The notes below the pieces were generated by a model that made no database searches, was not told the DNA's origin, and saw nothing but the letters and a program-made list of their open reading frames with translations. The position numbers and the translations under genes were made by a program. A stretch of 27,843 nt of DNA, from positions 1-27,843 of the IMG/VR virus record IMGVR_UViG_3300020042_007277. One strand, given 5' to 3'. Positions 15,830 to 24,031 of this stretch are shown here, piece by piece; the stretch's first letter is position 1; each line of letters starts with the position of its first letter. Source of the DNA: a virus (lineage: Duplodnaviria > Caudoviricetes).

Positions 15830-18800
15830 ATGGCTTTTAAAGTCGACGTAGTCCAACTCTTATTAACCGATACGCAAATCGCGGCAATGCCCGCCAATGC
15901 GGAAGGTTCAGTTCACGGTTTAGTGATTTGTAACAACCAAACATCAGCACGTACATTCACATTGCGTTTGTACGATGCTTCTGAAGGCACTACATCGCTG
16001 ATCGTCCAAGGCATTACGGTTGCGGCAACTTCCCAGTTTACTTGGACTAAGCCAATTAACCTTCAGCCAAACGATGTTCTGTATGGCTCTGGTGGTGACA
16101 TTGTTGTCCTTGCTTCAATCTACGAGGGTGTTGCAGTCCCTGCGGCGGTTGGCTTTACTGGTCGTGGTGCATGGAGTGCTATTGCAAACTACGCCCCTAA
16201 CGATGTTGTCAGCTACAACAACAACTCATACCTCGCCAACATAGCCAACATCAACTCTTTACCCACAGGTACAGACTGGACTTTGCTTGCGGCTCAAGGA
16301 ACGCCCGGCTCTTTGCCCGGTCTAATTCGCACACCGACAGCCGTTTCGCCATTGACCAGTGGTGGTACTGTATCGCCATCAGGCCCATTGGTTGCCTCTG
16401 CCTACGCTCCTTTGTACTCAGCAGACTTGCGTAACTACCGCACGTTTCAGGTTGCAACAACCGCAGACACCACTTTTGCAACCCCTGTGTTTGCTATTAA
16501 CGTCAACGCTGACTCAACAGACATTAGTCCGGGATTAACGGTGTCAACAGGTTATCGTTGGAGATGTAAAGACGTTGCATTGTCTGGCGCTGAGTCTGAT
16601 TGGATGACAGTCCAGACGTTCACAACAAACAGTTTGACTGTTTCAACTCCAACAATTACTGTTGAGGGTGGCCCAAGCACCGTTGGTCGTTCACCGTTGC
16701 TCACTGGTTCTGCTTATGTAACTACGCCTGACCCAAGTGCTACACACTTAAGCACAAACTGGGAAGTACGCAAGACATCGGATAACTCGCTGGTTTTTTC
16801 TAGCTACAACAACACTGTTAACTTGACCTCGATTACAGTTCCTTACGATGTGTTGGCTGTATCGACCTCTTACGCTTTCCGCGCACAGTACAACAGTACC
16901 GTGTACGGCTCTAGTGCTTACGGTTCTACAACCGCCTCAACAGCGTCTACGTTCCCTAACACGGTGTATTCACCAGCAACACTTCTTACTGAGAATATAT
17001 ACCTCACAACTCAACAAAAAACCACATCAAGCATTTCAGACGATTCGTTTGTGATGGCGTATGCTGAAGTTCCAGCCACTAGTAACATCAATATAAGCGC
17101 CACGTTAAAGTTATCAGTTTGGAACAGAGTTGGCGGCGTGTTTGTAGAAAGCGTAGCCAATATTGTCACCGCCGCAACTGATATGGCTAATCAAGTTAGT
17201 TGCTATGACGTTGAGATGTTGACACCCTCACTTGGCGTTGTGACATGGAGAACGTACTTTGCAGGAACTGGTTCTGGAATTATTTACGTTCGTCCTTTTA
17301 CTGTTGCGGGCAACGTCATCACACTTGCCGCCGCTACAGCGGCAGACACTGTTACAACCACAGCAAGACAACGATACCCTAAAGTTACCAGAATCAATAA
17401 TGACTTAGCTGTATTGAGTTTTTTTGGTGGTGCTGAGGCACTTCAGCCACAAGGTCGAGGTATTAAATTTGTTGGTACAAGCATAACGATATCAGGGGCG
17501 TCAAACTTGGGACAAGCATCGGTAACTGGAGGGGCTATTTCACCAATACCAGTCGAGGTTAAACGAGTCACCAACACTTCACTTATATTTGCTAGTTGGT
17601 TTTCTGAACCTAGTGGCCCTACGTATAACCAAAGGGTCGGTGGCGCTGTTGTGGATCCCACTACAGCGGTAATAACTCCGGGTGCTTTAGTTACTTTTAG
17701 TACGGGTATTGTGGACGGTAGTAGCATATTTAAAATTGCTGTACTTACTCCAACGTTAGCTGTGTTTGGTTGTATGAATACATATAACCAGATTATTATC
17801 AGTGGCGGTGGCACAACTGTTACCTTGGGTACTGGCGGGGCAATTACAACGTCTACTGACCCTTGGTATTCCAACAGCAACTACGAATTCACTCCAATTA
17901 CTGCTACAACGGCTTTGGCGTTTTTCCAAACCACCGCTCGTATTATTACCGTTACTGCAACTACGTCACAAGGTATTTCTCAGACACTTCAGCCTCAAAC
18001 ATCTACTACCACGACACTGGTAAGAATATCGGACACTGCTGGCCCTATTTCACGTTTTGAGCAGTGGTCGCAAATCGATACAACCACGTTTAATACAATG
18101 ATTAGTCTTTTTGCTGGTGGGTTAACTTCCGCCGCAATTACTAACTTGCAAGATCAGCCGTTTTCAAATGAGTTCATCAGTCTTAGCCGTAATAACAGCA
18201 CGATTAATTTGTCAAACTCACGCGCCGTAGTAATGAACCGTGAAGGTGGATTTGTGTCTGGCACAATAAACGGTCGAGTTGCGCTTGGTATATGGAACAT
18301 TTCTGGTAACGTACCCACTTTACTTGCAAGGACATTAACAAGCGTTGCGGGGAATACAAGCTCTGGTCAAAACACATTGTGTGCGTTATCGACCAGTCGC
18401 ATACTGATGACAATTGATAATGCCATTTACTTGTTCCAAGTAACAGACGCTGGTTTTACCCAACTGGCAACAACAACAATACCCAACATAGCTCTAAGCA
18501 ATACCGTTGGCACATCTGTTATTAGGATATCTGATACTTCGGCAATTATCTGCTACCGCAACTCATCAGGTGGTATAGGTTTTGTTCCTGCAAACTTAAC
18601 AGGCGATACTTTTGCACTAAGCACGGCGGTTACTGTTTCCTCAACCACTGGTGCCGTATTAGTTTTGGCAGTGCCTTTGTCTGCTACAAGGGTGTTGGTG
18701 GCGTGGACTGACGGAACTATATATAGAGCCAGTCTTGTTGGGTTCACCACAGTGTGGGCTGTAATCCAAGCTGATGTTAATATTTCAGCATCAGGACTCA

Positions 18801-19270
18801 CCAACGCTGGGCCGGGTTCGTTTGTCGCTTTAGACAGCACACGGGCGCTTCTTGGGTATCAAAGCACGGCTACAGTGGGTAATATTAGAACTATCAGCGC
18901 GGCTGGTGACACCATAACTGCGGGTGCGGATAGAGCCACACCAACTCTTACATCTAACAGTGCTGGTCAATCCGTTTACGCCCTTGCACTAGACTCAACA
19001 AACGGTCTTGTTGCTGTACAAGAGTCAACAGGCACGGCGCTTTATTCCTTCACAGTTGGAGCGGGAGCGGCTACACCATCAGTACTGACCAAAGTGGCTG
19101 ATCTCAACACCAACTTAACGCAAGCAAACCCTACGCTTCGTATGATTCCCGTAGCCGCTATCAGTACGGGTATATCGCCCACTGCGGCGGCTCTTACACA
19201 AGAGCGTAATGCTGGAGCAAACCAAAACTGTGATGTCTATTTGCGTAGATTTTTGAAAGGTTCACCATGA
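15830..19270 (+). CDS. Large tail fibre/spike, putative receptor-binding protein
   Basis: 1146 aa, Thr/Ser-rich. CBM5/12-like RGAW...YAPNDVVSYNNNSY..., two FN3/Ig-like modules (YRWRCK, YAFRAQY) and propeller-like C-terminal repeats; followed by a fibre chaperone. Confidence 0.75.
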   Translation: MAFKVDVVQLLLTDTQIAAMPANAEGSVHGLVICNNQTSARTFTLRLYDASEGTTSLIVQGITVAATSQFTWTKPINLQPNDVLYGSGGDIVVLASIYEGVAVPAAVGFTGRGAWSAIANYAPNDVVSYNNNSYLANIANINSLPTGTDWTLLAAQGTPGSLPGLIRTPTAVSPLTSGGTVSPSGPLVASAYAPLYSADLRNYRTFQVATTADTTFATPVFAINVNADSTDISPGLTVSTGYRWRCKDVALSGAESDWMTVQTFTTNSLTVSTPTITVEGGPSTVGRSPLLTGSAYVTTPDPSATHLSTNWEVRKTSDNSLVFSSYNNTVNLTSITVPYDVLAVSTSYAFRAQYNSTVYGSSAYGSTTASTASTFPNTVYSPATLLTENIYLTTQQKTTSSISDDSFVMAYAEVPATSNINISATLKLSVWNRVGGVFVESVANIVTAATDMANQVSCYDVEMLTPSLGVVTWRTYFAGTGSGIIYVRPFTVAGNVITLAAATAADTVTTTARQRYPKVTRINNDLAVLSFFGGAEALQPQGRGIKFVGTSITISGASNLGQASVTGGAISPIPVEVKRVTNTSLIFASWFSEPSGPTYNQRVGGAVVDPTTAVITPGALVTFSTGIVDGSSIFKIAVLTPTLAVFGCMNTYNQIIISGGGTTVTLGTGGAITTSTDPWYSNSNYEFTPITATTALAFFQTTARIITVTATTSQGISQTLQPQTSTTTTLVRISDTAGPISRFEQWSQIDTTTFNTMISLFAGGLTSAAITNLQDQPFSNEFISLSRNNSTINLSNSRAVVMNREGGFVSGTINGRVALGIWNISGNVPTLLARTLTSVAGNTSSGQNTLCALSTSRILMTIDNAIYLFQVTDAGFTQLATTTIPNIALSNTVGTSVIRISDTSAIICYRNSSGGIGFVPANLTGDTFALSTAVTVSSTTGAVLVLAVPLSATRVLVAWTDGTIYRASLVGFTTVWAVIQADVNISASGLTNAGPGSFVALDSTRALLGYQSTATVGNIRTISAAGDTITAGADRATPTLTSNSAGQSVYALALDSTNGLVAVQESTGTALYSFTVGAGAATPSVLTKVADLNTNLTQANPTLRMIPVAAISTGISPTAAALTQERNAGANQNCDVYLRRFLKGSP

Positions 19271-19686
19271 GTATTCTTGTATATCAAGGCAGTGTGATTC
19301 TGTCTGGCGACATCACCGAAGACGACACGTACTTCAAAACCGCTGACGCAATGGCGAGTAAGGTGTCTTTTCCTGACGCTGTAGTGTTGCCTTTAACTCC
19401 ACCTTCAGAGGGTCGTTGGGGCTATGTAAACGATGCGTTTGTTGACCTCGATGCCGCTGACGCTACAGCCGCACAAGCTGTCCAAGATGCAATCAATGCC
19501 CAGAATGTTGACGAGGCTGTAAAGGTTAGACAGAACCGTGCGGCTTTGTTGGCGGATTCGGACTGGACACAGGTAGCTGATGCCCCCGTGGATAAAACCG
19601 CATGGGCAACGTACCGTCAAGCTTTGCGCGACATACCATCACAGTCAGGTTTTCCTCGTGATGTGACATGGCCTAGCACACCGTAA
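19267..19686 (+). CDS. Tail fibre assembly chaperone
   Basis: C-terminal R..LLADSDWTQ.ADAP...WATYRQALRDIP.Q.GFP..V.WP motif. Confidence 0.85.
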   Translation: MSILVYQGSVILSGDITEDDTYFKTADAMASKVSFPDAVVLPLTPPSEGRWGYVNDAFVDLDAADATAAQAVQDAINAQNVDEAVKVRQNRAALLADSDWTQVADAPVDKTAWATYRQALRDIPSQSGFPRDVTWPSTP

Positions 19687-19715
19687 TAAACCCCAAGCGT
19701 TACTGAAAGAGATCA

Positions 19716-20333
19716 ATGGCCGCAGAAGCAATGACCTATGACAGCCTTGTAGAGGACGTCATTACTTACTCTGAGCGTGACGACACTTCTTTTGTTGCGC
19801 AAATTCCTCGGTTGATCATGTTGACCGAGCAGAGTATTGCCGCCCAGATCAAAACGTTGATGCAGTTGAACGTGGTCAACACCACGCTAACTGTCAACGA
19901 CCCGGTGATTCAAAAGCCGGCCCGTTGGCGCAAAACGACCAGCATGAAGATAAACGGTCAGCCTGTGCTTAACAGGTCTATGGACTACGTAACACAGTTT
20001 CAGACAGAGTCCACCAACGGACAGCCTCTATACTACGGAGATTACGATTATGATCACTGGGCTCTTGCTCCAATTCCAAACAGCGCTTACTCGTTGCAAA
20101 TCATTTATTACAGCCGCATTCAACCGCTTGATGTCACTAATCAAGAAAACCTCCTAACACGCGAGGCCCCACAGGCTTTGTTGTACGGCACCTTGCTTCA
20201 GGCACAGGGCTTTATTAAGAACGCAGACAAGCTTGCAATGTGGAAGGGCTACTACGATGAGGCTATTGCGGCACTCAAAGGCGAAGACCAACGACGCATG
20301 CTAGACCGCAACGCAGTAAGACAGGAACCTTAA
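19716..20333 (+). CDS. Putative tail adaptor (tail tubular A-like)
   Basis: 205 aa with MTYDSL...IPRLIMLTEQ, P.YY, LAPIP and APQALLYGTL.QA motifs characteristic of podovirus adaptors. Confidence 0.65.
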   Translation: MAAEAMTYDSLVEDVITYSERDDTSFVAQIPRLIMLTEQSIAAQIKTLMQLNVVNTTLTVNDPVIQKPARWRKTTSMKINGQPVLNRSMDYVTQFQTESTNGQPLYYGDYDYDHWALAPIPNSAYSLQIIYYSRIQPLDVTNQENLLTREAPQALLYGTLLQAQGFIKNADKLAMWKGYYDEAIAALKGEDQRRMLDRNAVRQEP

Positions 20334-21608
20334 ATGCCTACATTCACATCCCCGTTTACCGGCAATGTAATCCAACCAACCGACGTAAGTTACCAGTCTG
20401 TTGCGCTATCAGGAACGGTTCAACTGTACTGGCCGCAGTACGTTAGCACGGCGGGTCAGCAGGTTGCGGCCCGTATTATGGACGTGGTGTCCTCCGCCGG
20501 CGGCATTCTCCTGTTGCCAAACGCACAACAGACCTCTGTTGGCCAAGACATTTTGTTTCGTAACCAAGGCGCTAACCCGTTCACGGTGTCTCGTTCTGAC
20601 GGTTCTGGCTCGTTCACGGTGCCTGTGGGTCAGGCTTATTACACGTACCTGACAAACAACACCACCGCTGTGGGTGTGTGGCAGACTGTGGCGTTCGGTG
20701 TTGGCACGTCCTATGCAGACGCCGCCACACTGGCAGGAAACAGCACAGCGGCCATTCTAGGCAAGCTAGAGACAACGATTGTTACCAACGAGTTCTCTTC
20801 TTCGCCCGTAATTACAACAGCGTCACGCTCACAGTGTTTTGTGTGGACAGGTGGCGCGGGCACAATTACACTGCCCGCAGTGGCTTCTTTATCCACGGGT
20901 TGGTACATTCTTGTTCGCAACAACGGCACAGGCGCGCTAACAATCAACACATCGTCTGTTGGTTCAACTATCGACGGGTTGGCCAGTTTGGCTTTGCCCC
21001 TTGGTGACTCTTGTTTTATTTGCGTAAACCAAGACCCTGTTAAACAAGATTTCTTTACCGTTGGTCGTTCACGCCCTAACAGCCTGACGTTCTCTTCTGC
21101 TACATACGATGTGGACGTGGTGGCCGGTGGCACACTGAGCCTGATCACCAACACGCCAATTATTCAGCGCTACACGGCCTTGAGCGGCACGCGCACAACA
21201 AGCTTGTTGGTTCAGTTGCCCGCGGTAACGCAGGTGTACTACATGTTGAACGACACCAACCAAAGCGGTTACAACATAACGTTCCAAGTAGCCGGAAGCG
21301 CGCAACCTCCGTTTTCCTTGCCGACGTCCACTCAGGTTATTGTGCTCAGTGACGGGTCAAACCTGTACCCACTGATTCAAAGTAACATTGGCCAGTTTTT
21401 AGCCAACCGAGGCAGTGCCGCGGCACCTGCGTTTACGTTCACCTTGGACCCAGTTACAGGCATGTACTCGCCCAGTAACAGCCAGTTAGGCTTTTCTGTT
21501 GGTGGCGCCAACATTGCAACAATGGACGCAACAGCCGGAGTGGGCAACTACGTGACCCGTTTTGTGGGGCGCGTGCAGGCTGACCTGATCTCTGGTGGGG
21601 CGTTCTAA
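20334..21608 (+). CDS. Tail/virion structural protein with repeated beta modules
   Basis: 424 aa with three similar modules (..LP.....G....RN.G...T(I/V)) and a C-terminal GSAAAPAFTF..D..TGMY fibre-like motif. Confidence 0.7.
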   Translation: MPTFTSPFTGNVIQPTDVSYQSVALSGTVQLYWPQYVSTAGQQVAARIMDVVSSAGGILLLPNAQQTSVGQDILFRNQGANPFTVSRSDGSGSFTVPVGQAYYTYLTNNTTAVGVWQTVAFGVGTSYADAATLAGNSTAAILGKLETTIVTNEFSSSPVITTASRSQCFVWTGGAGTITLPAVASLSTGWYILVRNNGTGALTINTSSVGSTIDGLASLALPLGDSCFICVNQDPVKQDFFTVGRSRPNSLTFSSATYDVDVVAGGTLSLITNTPIIQRYTALSGTRTTSLLVQLPAVTQVYYMLNDTNQSGYNITFQVAGSAQPPFSLPTSTQVIVLSDGSNLYPLIQSNIGQFLANRGSAAAPAFTFTLDPVTGMYSPSNSQLGFSVGGANIATMDATAGVGNYVTRFVGRVQADLISGGAF

Positions 21609-23734
21609 TGGCGACTGAACCGTCTAAAATCTTCACCCTTTTTGTGAAGCCCGGCATTAAGCGGGACGGTACACGCTTTGAGGCAGACGAGTATAACGAC
21701 GGCAAATGGGTAAGGTTCCAGCGCGGTAAGGCAAAGAAGATTGGTGGTTACCGCCAAATGTTTGCCTCACCCACAGGCATCCCACGTGGGATGATCACCA
21801 ACTCACTGAACGGCGTTAACTACATCTACGCAGGCAACTACAAGGGTGTTGAGGTGTTCAACACCGGCACAGACCAAGGTGTTGGTATTGGCCCGTTCCC
21901 TGTTGAGTTTAATAAAACCTACGTGGTGGTACAGGTTAACGTATCACCCATGACGATCCACGTCAAGGGAAACCACGTTGCGGCATTTCCAAACCCAACA
22001 ACGTTTTGGGCGTACAACACGTCCGGTGTTCGCACCAACTACACCACAAACACAACACCAACGTACAACACCCCCGGCAACTACACCGAGTTGCATTTGG
22101 TGGCTGTTACTGGCATGCAGACAACGGTGCCGTTTGAGATATACATGACGCAAGTTTTACCTGCAAGCAACCAACACTTGTGGCAGTTTGATATTGCGTA
22201 CGACTCCACTGGTGCAGGCAACTCTAAGCTGTTGGCCCACCCCGGACACAACCTAGAAAATCTTGACTCAAGTTATAACACCTCGCTTTTTGCCGGAAAC
22301 TTCTTACCCGACCCAACAACGGGCAGGTACATTCTGACCGAGGTGGTTGACTCCACTGGCTCAACACCAACGTACTTGCCTATTGACGTAAGTGGTGGCG
22401 TTGTGGTGCTCCATCCTTTTGTGTTTGTGTACGGCAACTACGGTCTCTTGCGCAACAACAACATTGTGTTCAATTCACCCACAGCCAACGTGCAAACGTT
22501 CAGTGACTGGAACGGCACGCTGGCCAACGAGGTGAACGTGACCGCGGGCAAGATTGTGCGCGGCTACCCCATTCGTGGTGGTACTGCGTCCCCCTCTGGT
22601 CTCTTCTGGGCCACAGACTCTTTAGTGCGTGTGTCATTCACAGGCACCGCACCGTACTACTGGCGCTACGACACGGTGTCTAACCAGACGTCTATCATGT
22701 CGTCTAACGCAGTGGTTGAGATGGACAGCACTTTCTTTTGGATGGGTGTTGACCGGTTCTACCTGTACAACGGCGGCGTTAAGGTTTTGCCCAACGACAA
22801 GAACGTTAACTACCTGTTTGACAACATTAACTTTAACGCGCGTCAAAAGGTGTGGGCCACCAAGGTTCCTCGCTATAACGAGATCTGGTTCTTCTACCCG
22901 CGCGGCACGGCAACAGAGTGCACAGACTGTATTATTTTTAACGTCAAGGATAACCTTTGGTACGACGCGGGTGAGGCTGACGGTGCGCGCAGGTCTTGTG
23001 GCTACGTGACCGAGGTGTTCCCAAGGCCCGTTTGGGCGGGATGGGACTTTACTGGAGAGTTGGGTGTAACCTACACCCTAACCTACGGCCCAAATAGGGC
23101 CACAGCGCCCGTTACAACGGCCTATCAGGTCATTGCCCCGGGTGACCTAACCACCAACCCCGCAGGTAGTTTCATGGTGTTTAACACCCAGATTGGCGAG
23201 ACGTTTGTTTCTGCCAACCAGATTACCGCCGCGGTGTTCACAAACAACTCCTCTGGTGGTTACACCACAATAACTTTTGCCGACATTGTGCCGGCCACGG
23301 TGGTTGCGGGAAGCACCATGTCACAGGCCACCGGAGGCTACGTGATCTGGGAGCAAGAGTTCGGTAAGAACAAGGTTACGGCCACAGAAGAGATTGCAAT
23401 TGATTCTTTTGTAGAGACCTGCGACATTAGTTGGGTGGGTGGAACGCCCGCCTCAGACGAGGCAATGGGTGTTAACCGACGCATGCACCTGACCCGTATT
23501 GAGCCAGACTTTAAGCAGGTTGGTGACATGGAGCTTACCATTGTTGGCAGACCTTTTGCCAACGACGGTGTGGAAGAGAAGGGACCTTTCACCTACACGC
23601 CCACGTCCGGCAAAGTTGACCTGCGCGTGGAAGCGCGTCTCGTCAGTCTGCGCTGGCGCAGTAACGTTATTAACGGAGACTATGAGGCCGGTAGAACGCT
23701 AATTACCGCCGAGTTCGGCGACGAACGGCCTTAA
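21608..23734 (+). CDS. Putative tail nozzle / DNA stabilisation protein (tail tubular B or P22 gp10-like)
   Basis: 708 aa, beta-propeller-like. KPGIKRDGT, WVRFQRG...KIGG, FFWMG, NEIWFFYP and RIEPDF motifs. Confidence 0.7.
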   Translation: MATEPSKIFTLFVKPGIKRDGTRFEADEYNDGKWVRFQRGKAKKIGGYRQMFASPTGIPRGMITNSLNGVNYIYAGNYKGVEVFNTGTDQGVGIGPFPVEFNKTYVVVQVNVSPMTIHVKGNHVAAFPNPTTFWAYNTSGVRTNYTTNTTPTYNTPGNYTELHLVAVTGMQTTVPFEIYMTQVLPASNQHLWQFDIAYDSTGAGNSKLLAHPGHNLENLDSSYNTSLFAGNFLPDPTTGRYILTEVVDSTGSTPTYLPIDVSGGVVVLHPFVFVYGNYGLLRNNNIVFNSPTANVQTFSDWNGTLANEVNVTAGKIVRGYPIRGGTASPSGLFWATDSLVRVSFTGTAPYYWRYDTVSNQTSIMSSNAVVEMDSTFFWMGVDRFYLYNGGVKVLPNDKNVNYLFDNINFNARQKVWATKVPRYNEIWFFYPRGTATECTDCIIFNVKDNLWYDAGEADGARRSCGYVTEVFPRPVWAGWDFTGELGVTYTLTYGPNRATAPVTTAYQVIAPGDLTTNPAGSFMVFNTQIGETFVSANQITAAVFTNNSSGGYTTITFADIVPATVVAGSTMSQATGGYVIWEQEFGKNKVTATEEIAIDSFVETCDISWVGGTPASDEAMGVNRRMHLTRIEPDFKQVGDMELTIVGRPFANDGVEEKGPFTYTPTSGKVDLRVEARLVSLRWRSNVINGDYEAGRTLITAEFGDERP

Positions 23735-23974
23735 ATGATAATTGAATTCTTGCCTGAGTATAGTACTTGGGAAGACTGGAACGGGAATTTGCTTCACTAC
23801 TTTGGTGAACAGCAGTTCCCGTTTTTGCCTGAAGACCAGTGGCGTGAGGTTGCCTACGCGGTCAACTTCAACCCTGTGTTTGACAAGTACGCTATTCCCG
23901 ACCCTGAAACGCTTGAAACGTGGCAGGAATGGGCTAATTTGCTGGTCACCGCAGTTAACGGCGACGGGGCATAA
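23735..23974 (+). CDS. Small Trp-rich acidic hypothetical protein
   Basis: 79 aa abutting the nozzle gene stop, with a repeated W..W pattern. Confidence 0.7.
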   Translation: MIIEFLPEYSTWEDWNGNLLHYFGEQQFPFLPEDQWREVAYAVNFNPVFDKYAIPDPETLETWQEWANLLVTAVNGDGA

Positions 23975-24005
23975 ACGCCTTAAATTATGGGTAATTCTCT
24001 ATAGG
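23967..24005 (+). promoter_or_regulatory. Putative phage late promoter, copy 5
   Basis: gggcat-aaacgccttaaa-ttatgggtaattctctatagg, upstream of ATG 24032. Confidence 0.75.
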
Positions 24006-24031
24006 AATACCCAACCAAACACCCCACAAAA

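Noticed and set aside
17419-17425. T7 homopolymer in the tail fibre as a phase-variation or frameshift site
   Set aside because: Short run encoding Ser-Phe-Phe in an intact frame, with no supporting signal.
14978-19686. Diversity-generating retroelement acting on the tail fibre
   Set aside because: No reverse transcriptase gene and no template/variable repeat pair differing at adenines was seen in the window.
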